DNA of 64,000 bases from Squalus acanthias (lineage: Eukaryota), in contig CM059432.1 of assembly GCA_030390025.1 (NCBI GenBank), forward strand, positions 103,666,001 through 103,730,000. The letters run 5' to 3'. Positions 12,620-25,700 of the stretch are shown piece by piece (the first letter of the stretch is position 1; the number at the start of each line of letters is the position of its first letter). The notes under the pieces are model-generated. The model was not told the origin of the DNA and did not search any database. It saw only the letters and a program-made list of their open reading frames with translations. The translations under genes and the position numbers were made by a program.

Positions 12620-14225
12620 CCTGTAAGAGACATGAATCCAGAGAGAGGTGGCAGCTGTAAGGAACATGGATCCAGAGCGAAAAGACAGCTGTAAGGGACA
12701 TGGACCCAGAAAGGAGAGACAGCTGTAAGGGACATGGACCCAGAAAGGAGAGACAGCTGTAAGGGACATGGATCCAGAGGAGAGACAGCTGTAAGGGACA
12801 TGGATCCAGAGGAGAGACAGCTGTAAGGGACATGGACCCAGAAAGGAGAGACAGCTGTAAGTGACATGGATCCAGAGGAGAGACAGCTGTAAGGGACATG
12901 GACCCAGAGGAGAGACAGCTGTAAGGGACATGGATCCAGAGAGGAGAGACAGCTGTAAGGGACATGGATCCAGAGAGGAGTGACAGCTGTAAGGGACATG
13001 GACCCAGAGGAGAGACAGCTGTAAGGGACATGGACCCAGAGAGGAGTGACAGCTGTAAGGGACATGGATCCAGAGGAGAGACAGCTGTAAGGGACATGGA
13101 TCCAGAGGAGAGACAGCTGTAAGCGACATGGATCCAGAGGAGAGACAGCTGTAAACGACATGGACCCAGAGAGGAGAGACAGCTGTAAGGGACATGGATC
13201 CAGAGGAGAGACAGCTGTAAGGGACATGGATCCAGAGGAGAGACAGCTGTAAGGGACATGGATCCAGAGGAGAGACAGCTGTAAGGGACATGGACCCAGA
13301 GGAGAGACAGCTGTAAAGAACAGGGACCCAGAGGAGAGACAGCTGTAAGGGACATGGATCCAGAGGAGAGACAGCTGTAAGGGACATGGATCCAGAGGAG
13401 AGACAGCTGTAAGGGACATGGACCCAGAGGAGAGACAGCTGTAAGGGACAGGGACCCAGAGGAGAGACAGCTGTAAGGGACAGGGACCCAAAGGAGAGAC
13501 ACCTGTAAGCAACATGGATCCAGAGGAGAGACAGCTGTAAGCGACATGGATCCAGAGGAGAGACAGCTGTAAGCAACATGGACCCAGAGGAGAGACAGCT
13601 GTAAGGGACATGGATCCAGAGGAGAGACAGCTGTAAGGGACATGGACCCAGAGGAGAGACAGCTGTAAGGGACATGGATCCAGAGAGGAGTGACAGCTGT
13701 AAGGGACATGGACCCAGAGGAGAGACAGCTGTAAGGGACAGGGACCCAGAGGAGAGACAGCTGTAAGGGACAGGGACCCAGAGGAGAGACACCTGTAAGC
13801 GACATGGATCCAGAGGAGAGACAGCTGTAAGCGACATGGATCCAGAGGAGAGACAGCTGTAAGCAACATGGACCCAGAGGAGAGACAGCTGTAAGGGACA
13901 TGGATCCAGAGGAGAGACAGCTGTAAGGGACATGGATCCAGAGGAGAGACAGCTGTAAGTGACATGGACCCAGAGGAGAGACAGCTGTAAGCGACATGGA
14001 TCCAGAGGAGAGACAGCTGTAAGGGACATGGACCCAGAGGAGAGACAGCTGTCAGGGACATGGACCCAGAGGAGAGACAGCTGTAAGGGACATGGATCCA
14101 GAGGAGAGACAGCTGTAAGGGACATGGACCCAGAGGAGAGACAGCTGTAAGCGACATGGATCCAGAGGAGAGACAGCTGTAAGGGACATGGATCCAGAGA
14201 GGAGTGACAGCTGTAAGGGTCATGG
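12620..14225. repeat. Minisatellite, 32-bp unit GACAGCTGTAAGGGACATGGATCCAGAGGAGA, roughly 48-50 copies
   Basis: Direct tandem repeats with occasional 34-bp variants; degenerate units extend left to about 12440. Confidence 0.97.
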
Positions 14226-15081
14226 AGCTGTTGAGGAATGACAGTCCCAGAAAGGACTAATCCTTGTGGTAGATAGAGTATTATTTTTCTCCAGAATTAT
14301 ATTATTATACTATGTTTATTAACTCTTCATTTTTTGCAGTTCTAATTTAATGTGTTATCTCAGTTATAGCAACTTGTTTTTCCTTTTGATATTTTGTTCT
14401 TTTGCACCATTTCAATTGTTTTACATTTTGTGATTCTGCATTGTTAACACTGATATATAACACTTCCAAACACACATTGTGCATGTGTGCCCTTGAATGT
14501 GGATCCTGAGCTAGCTGATTACAGCTAGGATTGCTATGGGGGAGTTACAAGTGGCCTTGGTGCACTGGACTACAAAGTGGAAATATCAGGCAAGGTTCCT
14601 GCTCAATTGTTATCCAAAGACTGTGCTTACCAGTGAGTAGGCGAGGACAGGGTTGGCTTGGTTGTGTTGTCCACAAAATGTAAAACAGCCTGCCAATGTA
14701 CACTGGAGTTGATAATGCAGTCCTAGTGCATTAGGGTGAGGATCACTGCACATCAGGTGCTGGATGTGCCATGCAGAATAATGCAAGTTCAGCTAATTTA
14801 AATAAATTTAGTGCATGATGTGCTGGGAGTACATTTTAGAACATGATCTAATGGAATGTAACAGGAGCCACATTATAGAATGGGATAAACTAAAGGGATA
14901 AAGCCACTTAAAAGTTAAATGGCCATATGGGAGATCCTCTAATTTAAAAAAATATATATAACAGGCCTGATTTTAACCCTGCTGGCCATACGGGAATGGG
15001 GCAAGTGGGTGGGTAAAATGGAGGTAGCGTGCTTCCCGACATAGTACCGCCCGCCGCCGGGGGCCTCATTAATATGCAGGA

Positions 15082-15545
15082 ACAGTAGCATAGTGGTTAT
15101 GTTACTGGACTAGTAATCCAGAGGCTGGGACTAATGATCCAGGGGCATGAATTCAAATCCCACGACGGCAGCTGGGGAATTAAAATTTAGTTAATTAAAT
15201 AAATCTGGAATAAAAAGCTAGTATCAGTAATGGTGACCGTGAAACTATCGGATTGTTGTAAAAACCCATCTGGTTCACTAATGTCCTTTAGGGAAGGAAA
15301 TCTGCTGTCCTTACCTGGTCTGAACTATATGTGACTCCAGACCCACAGCAATGTGGTTGACTCTTAACTGCTCTCTGAACTGGCCTAGCAAGCCACTCAG
15401 TTGTACAAAACCACTACAAAGAAGTATCACCACATGGACTGCAGCGGTTCAAGAAGGCGGCTTACCATCTCCTTCTCAAGGGCAAGTAGGGATGGGCAAT
15501 AAATGCTGGCCTTGCCAATGACGCCCACATCCTGTGATTGATTTT
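15082..15545 (+). mobile_element. tRNA-derived SINE with CR1-like tail
   Basis: Box A TAGCATAGTGG, degenerate box B AATTCAAATCC, tail GGGATGGGCAATAAATGCTGGCC...GACGCCCACATCC. Confidence 0.75.
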
Positions 15546-15799
15546 TTAAAAAATGTTGACATACTTTGACACAATTAGGATCCCAACGCAATTTTTACTC
15601 TGGATCGCGCAAGTTGCAAACACAGTGAAACCACACGGCAAGCAGGAGCTGGGCCAGAAGAGGCCCAGGAAGTCAGTATTTAAATTTTTTTTAATGGTTT
15701 CCTTGCAGGCCAGGAGTAGCAGGAGTGCTCCACCATGCTCCACAAGGATAACCATGGGCCTCGACTTCCCCCTCCACCTCCCCTCACCCTGATCAATGT

Positions 15800-16140
15800 G
15801 GTAAGTGTGGATTCACTGCGTCAGTTCAAAAAGGACCTGGATGAGTTCCTTACTCATGTCACTGTGTACAAAGGGCAAATGGGACGTTGTGTACATGTCT
15901 CATGGTCACTCTGATCTCCTGAAACTTGTTTTGATTGTCCTTGGGGTTTGGAGAGGAATTTTTCCCCCTCAATTGGCCTAGGTTTTTCTATCTGTTTTTT
16001 TGCCTCTCCCAGGCGATTACATGACTATAAGTGGGTGGGTATACTGGGATTCATAATGCTTAGTTGCGTCGTGATTATTTGGGACAGGCTTGACAGACCA
16101 GACGGTCTTTTCCTGCTCGTCTTTTTGTATGTTCGTAAGG
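15800..16140 (+). mobile_element. Old CR1 3' end / UTR fragment
   Basis: Similar to 7330-7660; ends TGTATGTTCGTA. Confidence 0.5.
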
Positions 16141-16371
16141 TTCATATGTCAATGAGATTCCTCACCAGAAACACAAACTCAGAAAATGGTCATTTAAAAT
16201 TGTCTTTCAATTAAAGAATTTCCAGGATCCCAGTAGCACAATCTGGCAAAATTAACCCCCTTACTACCTTTTAATATTTTTAAGCTAATACCTTTGCCAT
16301 TTTATTTATGCATGCTAGGCAATTGCCTGTGGTGTTACACACAGGGAGTCAAGTCGAAGTGCAATGTTCAA

Positions 16372-16640
16372 AGGGGGAGGGGGAAGATAAAGGGAGGGGA
16401 AGGGGCAGAGCGAGAGGGAGATAGCAGGGTAAGGGGGTGAGGAAGGAGAGGAGGGGAGATGCGGGAGAGAAGGGGAGGGGGAGCGGAAGGGAGGAGATGA
16501 GATATGCGGGAAAGTGAATGAGACAGTGGGCAGGGAAGATAAAGAGGAGGCAGACAGAGAGGTGAAGCTGGGTGGAGGAGGTGAATTGAAGGAGATGGGG
16601 ATGAGGATGGAGATGAGTCTGGGGGGAACAAAGGCAGGGA
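16372..16640 (+). repeat. Purine-rich G/A low-complexity tract
   Basis: Almost exclusively G and A with many GGG runs. Confidence 0.8.
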
Positions 16641-17191
16641 AACTACCTCAGCATGAGGTAGGTGGGGGCTACCCTTTCCACTACCAGGCCTGGATATTTA
16701 TCGCAGTGGGGGGTGATAGTGGGAGAAGGATTGTGGTGAGCTGGTCTTGATTCCTATAAAGCTGAAGAGGGGGAGGGCTTTTGCTGGGCCAGCTTTGCTA
16801 CCACAGGGGTGGATTTGGTGTTCAATGGTGGGGAGAGCTGGGCTTCATTACCTCGTTGAGGGGGGAAGGGGTTGCAATGCAGAACCATATTTGTTGCTTA
16901 GTGAGGGGAGGGGTGGTTGAAAGCAGGGCTAACAGTCATGCTCTGTGGGGTGCAGGGCCAAACTTGCTGCTAGTTGTGGGGTGAGGGGAGTGAAAGGTCA
17001 ACCATGCTACTCAGTGGGGTGGGGGGAGGAATACGGAGTTCAGGGTCCCTCGACTGCTGCTCACTTGAATGGGAGATTGGTGCAGAGGATCAACCTGCCG
17101 CTGAGTGGGGTCAGGGGTGTTGGAGTGCAGCACCAAGATTGCTGTTGAAAAGGCTATGGTGGGGGTGCCAATGTCTGCTCATGGTGTGGGG

Positions 17192-17362
17192 CAATGTTCC
17201 CTTCAATTTTTGGGGGTCACGTGACCCCTGTAACGAGTTACATGACCCATTCAAAATTCCGCGCATGTGCGGTTTTGTCAATTTAAAAGCAGGCTCACTG
17301 GCTGCATGGGACCCCTGGAGCGCTGCGTGGCCAAGTGGCCATACAGCTTAAAGGGAATATTG
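17192..17362. mobile_element. hAT-type MITE (171 bp)
   Basis: TIRs CAATGTTCCC / GGGAATATTG; 8-bp TSD GTGTGGGG / TTGTGGGG; paralogue at 53225. Confidence 0.8.
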
Positions 17363-17450
17363 TTGTGGGGCCAGCTGATTTATCTATATCCATCATGAGC
17401 ATCCCCTATTTTAATCGCTCCACCATTGGTGGCTGTTTCTTCAGCTGCCA

Positions 17451-18896
17451 TGAAGGGATAATTACTAGTCCTAGCCCTTCTCGGGCTACCCCAGATCAGA
17501 TGTATTCCCCAGACGTTCACCTTCAACTAAAGTTAACGGTAGCCAAATCCTAGAGACGCTTAATTGGGTCTAAAGGTCAGACTACCTCTCCCTAAAGGAA
17601 AGAAACGACCTGAAGATGTTACCATCCTCCGGATAGCACTTTTAACAAGTTTAACTAGACTGTAACCTTCTGGATATTATGAGGGTCCAGAAAACCCCCC
17701 AGAATTCTGCAACTCCTTGCAAAAGAGGGTACAGAAATTGAGTTTGCGAGATTGATACAGAAATACTCTGTGAGACAATTTAAAAAATATATAGATTTAG
17801 TAAAGAACCGACATTCAGCTAACAGCTGTTGATTTCAATCGTGACTTTAACAGTTCAAAATACAAATAGCTTACATTTCTTATCAGAGATCCTTTTTCTC
17901 AAATCTTAACTTCTTTACATTTCCACACTTCTACTTATTTCTTAATCCAGAATATCCACCAAAATCAAATACCTTGATTACCTGAGACTCAGAGTTGTAG
18001 GCCTACAGAGTGGTTCTGAAGGCAAGAATCGCTCTGCTCCTTCCAGCGACTTCTGACTCTCTATCTGAAAAGCTCTATTTTTATACCTTTTTTAAGTGGT
18101 ATATTCTTTGAAGTTTTCTGCTGATGTAAGCTAATTATCTTTAGTCATTCTCTATTGAATTCTTTTCTATGCTTACTGTCATTTCAGCTGCCAACTTTTA
18201 GAATCCTGTCTGCTGTATAGCTGTTTCAAAAACTTATAAAATATGGTATAACAGATTTATCTATTTGATGCCATTCTTAGGAAGGTTTTCCATTGAATTG
18301 TTAAATCACTTTAGCTGCTTGTATTACAGACGTCGTGTCTCCGTGTGTTCCAAGTTCAACACATAAACAATGTGATTGCTTGGTGTCATCTATTGATGTA
18401 ATATTTTCAAAGTGTCCTGTTTGTACCTTTTACAATATGTAAATCAAAACCACTTCAACCAGGGTGTTTGTTTTCCAAGCCATCTTAGTTGATTATATAT
18501 ATAATCGTGTTTCCTGTTTCATTTGATGTTACTTTTACAAAGGCACATGGTTTTTTAATGTTCTGTGTTTCTGTTCGACGTGTTTGTTTTTAACACTTTA
18601 CTTGGGCATTGCTATTGTTTTGGTTCCAAACTACAGACTACTTGGAACCAATCTTTGCTTCTTCAATAGGCCATTGTCTCAGTGTCAATAACCATTTCCC
18701 ATTTCAAAAGTTTGTGTGGTGTTTACAACTTTTGTGTTAACACTTCATCTTGTCTCAGAAGCCTGTATTTCTGTTTACGGCTTGTGTCGTTGAGGCTTTT
18801 AGATTTTTAAACCCAGTTTGTCTTGTTTTAATAAAATCAAAATTCTGTTTATAGGGTGGTGTATGTTACTGAATAGGTTTGGCTCATTCCTTTACA
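17451..18896 (-). mobile_element. Solo LTR (1446 bp)
   Basis: TG...CA ends with short inverted termini TGAAGGGA / TCCTTTACA; 4-bp TSD GCCA; TATAAAA on minus near 18080. Confidence 0.8.
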
Positions 18897-18993
18897 GCCA
18901 AGGCCCTAAGCTCTGGAATTCCCTCCCCAAAACCTCTCTGCCTCTCCAGCTCTTCTTCCTCCTTTAAGATGCACCTTAAAACCGATCTGCCCT

Positions 18994-19489
18994 CTTCTTC
19001 TTTTGTATGGTAGTAGCAAAGCAAATCAAATGTCAATATCTAAGTTGGATATCCAGACCGAAGCTTCTGGTGTAACAGCGTCGATATCTTGTAGGCTGCC
19101 TGCGAATTTCCTCTGAGGGCAGTGCTCAGTGATGTGCTCCAGGGTCTGATTAGGAGCTCCACAGTCGCATGATGGGGATGCTTTAATCTTCCATCTATGG
19201 AGAAGGTGGCAGCATCTGAGGCAGTTGATGGTTGTCCACTGTTTGTGAGGAAGGTTTGATCCTTCAGGTTGTACTGTGGGATCCTCTATAAGGAATCCAT
19301 TCCCTATGTCACAGTTCTTCCAAGCATTTTACCATCGGTCATCAAGGCTGAGGGGAGATCGCTGAAGAGCTTCGGCGATGGTCCAAAATGGCCTTCTAGA
19401 TTTGAGATGGGTTGGTGGTAGGTTGTTCAAGTCGGCCTGGATCGGCATGTCTTTGCTGTTGTAACGGTTGTGTTCTCTGGAGACTGCAT
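18994..19489 (-). mobile_element. 5'-truncated Vingi/Ingi-like LINE
   Basis: C-terminal zinc finger WKIKASPSCDCGAPNQTLEHITEHCP, (GAA)n tail, 9-bp TSD ATCTGCCCT. Confidence 0.8.
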
Positions 19490-19622
19490 ATCTGCCCTAA
19501 TACCTCCTTATGTGGTTCACTGTCAAATTTTGTTTTATAACGCTCCTGTGAAGCGCCTTGTGATGTTTTGCTACATTAAAGGCGCTATATAAATACACGT
19601 TGTACTTCAAATACAAACTTAC

Positions 19623-19659
19623 CTTAAGCAGTAAAAAAATAGAAGTGCCCCAATTCTTT
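19623..19659 (-). CDS. Candidate 37-nt exon of unidentified host gene (KNWGTSIFLLLK)
   Basis: Strong splice sites ttttcatgtatatttcag and AAG|gtaagt; phase 2 in, phase 0 out. Confidence 0.5.
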
Positions 19660-19689
19660 CTGAAATATACATGAAAAATTTAAATATCA

Positions 19690-21655
19690 AAAATATGGGG
19701 ACCCAGCACTGAACTCAACACTGGGTCCTAAGCTCGCCATGAAAACTCAGCATTCAGCAGACTCACAGAGGCACCGTCAGCACCTCTTAAAGGAATACAC
19801 ACATCTTTCAAGTAAGTTTGCATTTAAGCTTTTGGAATGGATTTTTTTGATTTTATTGAAGTAGTGGCTTGCTGAAATACATGTTAAAAGTTTTTTAAGT
19901 GTGTATGGAGTTCTGCTGGACACTTGCAAGGCTTTCGGATGGTAAAGGACAGAAAATGCTGGAAATACTCAGCAGGTCAGGCAGCATCGTGGAGAGAGAA
20001 ACAGAGTTCATGTCTCAGGTCAAGATGCTGCCTGACCAGCTGAGTATTTCCAGCGTTTTATGCTGTCATTTCAGATTTACAGCATCTGCTCACAGAGGGA
20101 AGATGCAGACACAAAAGAGGAAGAAGCCAAAGAGGAAGAAGCAGAAGGAAGGATGCAACCCAGACAGCCCCTTTCTGGCCGGGATATCCAGGATGGAATC
20201 AGCCGCCTGTGGTACCAGTGACCACAACCCCAATTCCCCTTTCAACATTTCTTCCACACCTTACCGTCCCTCTGTTACTGACCATCACAGCATCCTCTTG
20301 ACCACAATGCTGAAATAAAAGCCACCACAAAGCAAACTTTCCAGTCCAACTTTATACATCTGTCCATTTAATGTGACGTCAAGATATCAATTCATCACCC
20401 TTATGCATTCCCTTAGTGACTGTCTTGTGTGTGCCTTTGCCAATCCTACTGATGTCATGCAGTGCTACCCCAGTGGCTGCAGCATGGCTGGTGGAAGGCT
20501 GCTGACTTTCAGTGGGGGACACTGCAAATGGCCTTGTTGGTCAACCTTGAAGAGCTGGTGGCTGGGAGTGTGAAATCTAGTGACAGTGTTTCTTCTTCTT
20601 CTTCACTTTCCTCTCCCTCTTGATCAACCACTGGCTGGGCAGACTGCATTTCTTGGGTGTGTGAAATGAGGAAGGCAACAAGGGTGGAGTTGTGGTGAGG
20701 GGCGGGCGGGAAAGCAAGAGGTGCATGCGAGAAGGAGTATAACGTATGAGGATCCCAGCATCTTGTATCCTTTCTGCCCCGCTGCTGGCCAGCGGCTCAG
20801 CCAAGAATGGCCAGCACCGTCTCCTCCAATAAGGTGAGGTGAGGCTAGGAATGGGAGGTGTGCCTCGTGATTGGTCCAGATTGTTGGTAAGAGAGTGATT
20901 GATGGGGGGAGTCGTGCATTAGAGCAGTGTGTGAGGCTAGTGATCCAGTTGGCAGGAGACGGCTTTTGAAGATGCATTCACTGACCTTGACCAGTGGTCT
21001 GAGGTCATGAAGCTTCTTTGGGCACTGGAGCCAGGTGGTGGGGGCGACACTGCTGGCAGTGACAGCCACAGTGATGTGGTCCCACATTGTTCATTCTGGA
21101 GGGCCTCCTGTGGGTAGAGGACCTCTCTTGCAGTGTTGACCCCCTGCACAAGGCTAGAGTGCTGCGTGTGAGTCCCTGGGTGCCCCTTCCCTGGCTTGCT
21201 GAGCTGTTTGTGTTTGTGCTGAAGCACTTTTCCCATGTTTTGAGGTGCGGAAGGGAATTCAGCTTTAAGAGCTGAAGACTTCCATTTGGGACTTCTTTTT
21301 AATGTTCATTTTTTTTAATGCAGTAAGGGCTGAAAACTGCATTTTTTTGCTTCATTTTTATTTCCATCAGTTCAGTTTTAATGCATTGCCCTTTTAATGT
21401 CCCACAGTGCCTAGCAATCACATTGCCTCAATTCCAGAGGCTGTTGGAAGATGGAATGCTGCTTCTGGATGCCACCTGGCTACCAATGCCTGCACTAATG
21501 CCACCAGGAGGACGTTACATGGCGAGTTAGCGCTGGGCTAAAAATCTTTAGACCCCAGCATGAATTTTTCTCTCCTACCGCCGCGACCATTTTCAGCGGC
21601 CGTTAACCCGAGGCCGCGGTGACACCAACAAATTTTGTGGCGGCCACGAATTTCT
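19690..21655. mobile_element. Internally deleted Harbinger derivative
   Basis: Minus strand WLQCPKKLHDL...VK|VSE Myb exon 1 remnant at 20980-21200; plus strand transposase 3' remnant near 20100-20230; colinear with element 51571-56532. Confidence 0.65.
19946..20088. mobile_element. Penelope-like inverted terminal fragment (second family)
   Basis: 36-bp inverted arms 19953-19988 and 20024-20059 followed by a one-sided extension. Confidence 0.65.
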
Positions 21656-22754
21656 AGTCCGAAACTTTTACCACTCATGCACCCATGGAGCCTTATTTGC
21701 TCCTACTACTAATGGGTGCTGGAGGAAGAAATAGCAAGACAACACAAATAGTGCATTACAGTGCTCTGTTTGCTTTTAAATACTTTTGCACAAAATCTGA
21801 AGCTTATGAGATTTGTTCATGACTCATGTGCAAGCCCTTAGCACAACTGGTGCTTCCCCACTGTATTATACCACTCAGGTCTCAGGCTTCTGCTCCGGAT
21901 AATGTGACAAGCTAGCTGCTATAGGGCAGCAGTGCTACTGTTGCACATCAGTACGCTATTGACCCCACTCGCCTAGAACTTGCAAAGGAGCTCTCCTGAT
22001 CATCCACTGTAACTTTGGCAGAAAATCATCGGAAACCTCAGTAAAGCATCGGAAACCAATGCTTACGTCATTTCTGAAAGGTTTCCACCAAAGTTACGAT
22101 GGGAGAACCCCTTGAGAAATTCTACCCCACTGTGTCCAGGCTCACACATGAAGAATGGTTACTTGGGGCACGGCATTGGAGGGCTGCAACAGCAGCAGAA
22201 CCACAACAACCCCTCAATCGGAGTCAGCTCCTTCAGAAGAGGGGAGAAAAGTGATGGGGAAAGTATGAAAAATAGTTTTTTTTTTAAAAGGTGATTGAAA
22301 GGAGCAAGAAATAAGGAAAGAAAAATTAGAAAACAATGCTAAGCTGATTAATCTGAAGAAGCAAAATATCAATCAGCTACTGTACATTCATTCTTGATAA
22401 CTTAATAGTGTTTGCTGTAATTTCTTGTTCAGTGAAATTAATTATTTTCAGTGTCCAGGTTACATCAAACAACAATCCACATTAAACATAGTAATATTTT
22501 GCATCATGTCATGCATAGGCAATATCACAGCATTGGTTTTGATGCAGTATGGTAATAGAAAAAGTTATGATTGTGATTCATAGCCCATAAATCTTTCCAT
22601 TGCAAATGACAGTACACCTGAGAATATATTAATATCTGTGTATTTCTACTAAATGAAGAATATAATTTTGTGTCAAAAGTGTTATTCCTTTAACTAAAGG
22701 AACAACACTTTCCCAAAAAGACGAACATTTGCCTGTGTCTTTCTGTTTTGCTGG

Positions 22755-24655
22755 CTGTAGACAAATTGGATAAGACACCAAAACGGGCGTGGGGATTGCG
22801 ACGTGCGATTAACCCGTGTCTGTAGTCTGCAATGTAGGCAGCACGCCAAATTCGTGCTGCCTGCTGCTTTAAATGATTGCCGTGTTCAGCCAGTGCTACC
22901 TGTGCTGTTCATTGGCTGCACGCATCAGCAGGAGCCCCGATATCGCGAGTGCCTAGCGCTACTTAAAGCTAACCTGCACTGCTTAAAGCTAGCCTGCACC
23001 TCTTAAAGGGGAGGTGCATTGTGGCTACAGGAGGTGGTGAGAGTATTTTCAAAAGTGTGTTGTGGAAGATTCAACAATGGCTGAACATGGCAGAAAGCAT
23101 GCACCAAGGTTTTCAGACACTGCACTGAAGGTCTTGGTGGAAGAGGTAGAACGGAGAATAGATATCCTGGGGGGCAGGAGGCCCTCCAGAAACATGCTCA
23201 GGAGGCAGTGGGAAGAGATAGTGGCAGAGGTCAATGACAGGAGTATAGCTGCAAGAACCTGGATGCAGTGCAGGAAGAAGTTTAATGATCTCACACAAGT
23301 TGTCAAGGTCAGTGAGTTTATCTTCAAGTGCAATACCCTACCAACTGTACCACTAACCTCACAAAGCTGGGTGGGCGTGTGTGCTGTGAGGAGGATGCAG
23401 AGAAACCCCAGTATGATTTGGACAGGTTGGGTGATTGGGCAGATGCGTGGATAAATGCGAGGTTATCCACTTCGGTGGCAAAAACAGGAAGACAGATTAT
23501 TATCTGAACGGCAATAGATTGGGAAAAGGGGAAGTGCAACGAGACCTGGGTGTCCATGTGCACCAGTCGCTGAAGGTAAGCATGCAAGTGCAGCAGGCGG
23601 TTAAGAAGGCAAATGGTATGTTGGCCTTCATAGCGAGAGGATTCGAGTACAGGAGCAAGGATGTCTTGCTGCAGTTGTACAGGGCCTTGAGTATTGTGTG
23701 CAGTTTTGGTTGCCTTATCTGAGGAAGGATGTTCTTGCCATGGAGAGAGTGCAGCGAAGATTCACCAGACTGATACCTGGGATGGCAGGAATGACGTATA
23801 TGGAGAGATTGGGTCGATTAGGCTTATATTCGCTAGAGTTTAGAAGAATGAGAGGGGATCTCATTGAAACTTATAAAATTCTAACAGGACTAGACAGACT
23901 AGATGCAGGAAGGATGTTCCCGATGGCGGGGGAGTCCAGAACCAGGGGTCACAGTCTAAGGATAAGGGGTAAGCCATTTAGTACTGAGATTCTCTACCAC
24001 AGAAGGCAGTTGAGGCCAATTCATTAAATATATTCAAGAAGGAGTTAGATATATTTCTTAAGGCTAAAGGGATCAAGGGATATGGAGAGAAAGCAGGGAC
24101 AGGGTACTGAATTTGGATGATCAGCCATGATCTCATTAAATGGCGGAACAGGCTCGAGGGGCCGAATGGCCTACTCCTGCTCCTATCTTCTATTTTTCTA
24201 TCCACTGCTGAATTCACTACACACCCATCACCCATCTACCAACATTCTCTATCAATCAGGACTCAACCTTAACATTCATATGCTTTACCTCACCATCACA
24301 CACTTAGCACTGTTGCAAGCCTCACACCCACAACTCACAGCTCGCGCACACTGGCAGCTATTCAACCATGACAGCCACGTCACCCAAACATATTGAACGA
24401 CGCTTACTGACATACTTCCCTCTTTCTTGCAGGAGAAGGTAGTCCACAACAGGAGGCAGCAGGAATTAACTGGAGGAGGAGAAGTGTGCCTGCATGTTTT
24501 AACCCCCATGGAGGAGATAGTACTGGCCATCATGTGGAAGGAGCATCACTGAGGCCATGGCCACCAGCAGGGCTGAGCGACTGATAATTAGGATATCTGC
24601 ATACCTAATCCTCCTTCTTTCATCCCACTTTTCCCTCATCCCACAATCTCTTCAT
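22755..24655 (+). mobile_element. Harbinger left half with Myb/SANT exons 1-2
   Basis: MAEHGRKHAPRFSD...QWEEI...WMQCRKKFNDL, donor AAG|gtcagt at 23308, acceptor ttcttgcag|GAGAAG at 24432; colinear with 32768-33780. Confidence 0.85.
23361..24200 (+). mobile_element. CR1 3' fragment inserted in Harbinger Myb intron 1
   Basis: Nearly identical to the reverse complement of 2650-3570, with several internal deletions. Confidence 0.92.
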
Positions 24656-25080
24656 AGAATCATAGAAATTTACAGCACAGAAGGAGGCCATTCAGCCCAT
24701 CTTGTCCATGCCGGCCAACAAAGAGCTATCCACCCTAATCCCACTTTCCAGCACTTGGTCCATAGCCTTGTAGGTTATGGCACTTCAAGTGCATATCCAA
24801 GTACTTTTTAAATGTGATGAGGGTTCCTGCCTCTACCACCCTGTCAGGCAGTGAGTTCCAGACCCCCACCACCCTCTGGGTGATAAAAATTTCTCCTCAA
24901 ATCCCCTCTAAACCTCCGACCAATTACTTTAAATCTATGCCCTCTGGTTATTGACCCTTCTGCTAAGGGAAATAGGTCCTTCCTATCCACTCTATCTAGG
25001 CCCCATATAATTTTATACACCTCAATTAGGTCTCCCCTCAGCCTCCTCTGTTCCAAAGAAAACAACTCCAGCCTATCCAT
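24653..25080 (-). mobile_element. CR1 3' fragment
   Basis: LFSLEQRRLRGDLIEVYKI; tail TTCTATGATTCTATGA on minus. Confidence 0.9.
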
Positions 25081-25700
25081 GGCTCTGGATACCAGTGTTA
25101 AAAAGGGCTCCCAGGACGTCACAGCACTCCAGGATTATTTGGCCAAAGGGTGAAAACAGGCGCTAAATGGGTGCAGTGCTAATAAGACACGCTGGTCTGA
25201 AAGTCTGGATTTAGCACACAATTTTGGTCCTAATTGCCGATTACCATAATTTGAACTTGCCTGGAGGTGATAAACAGACACCTGCAGGTTTAGCACTCAA
25301 GTGCTGATTAGATGCAATTTTCCTGGAGCAGTATATGTGGACTCCTCGCACCACTTCCACTGAAGGTGTGGAGTGCTCTGGCCGGTACACAGCGGCACGT
25401 TTCAGGATGGCTCAGGGACCGAGGGAGAGGGCGCACAGGTTCTGGGACGCAGCACTGGAGGTCCTGGTGAAGGAGGTCCAGAGGAGGAGGGATGTCCTGT
25501 ACCCGCAGGAGAGGAAGGATGCCACCTTGCCTTCCTCGCCCTCCTGTCCCTCTCTCCTGCAGCAGCTGGTGCTGCTCTGCCTGACCTCATGTCCTCCTCT
25601 CACTCCTCCTGCAGATCAAGGGGGACCCCTAGCAAGGTGCCCATGACCAAGCACTCCCTTTCTCCTGGTGACTCCTATAAGATGGAGTAGCACAGCCACT
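25080..25700 (+). mobile_element. Harbinger Myb remnant
   Basis: MAQGPRERAHRFWDAALEVLVKEVQRRRDVLYPQ at about 25407-25510. Confidence 0.6.

Larger units (their letters stand above)
17390..19600 (+). mobile_element. L2-type tail element split by a solo LTR and a Vingi insertion
   Basis: Pieces 17390-17450, 18897-18993 and 19499-19600 rejoin into a sequence colinear with 11510-11772. Confidence 0.7.

Noticed and set aside
12175..14223. Three overlapping 550-680 aa ORFs
   Set aside because: Artefact of a stop-free 32-bp repeat cycling through all frames.
12620..14225. CRISPR-like array (32-bp repeats)
   Set aside because: Head-to-tail units with no unique spacers, no cas genes, eukaryotic context.
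16368..17351. Pro- or Gly-rich ORFs
   Set aside because: Low-complexity purine/G-rich DNA.
23062..23307. Host NAIF1/MSANTD gene
   Set aside because: Colinear with transposon copies H1 and H2 including introns; truncated and disrupted.
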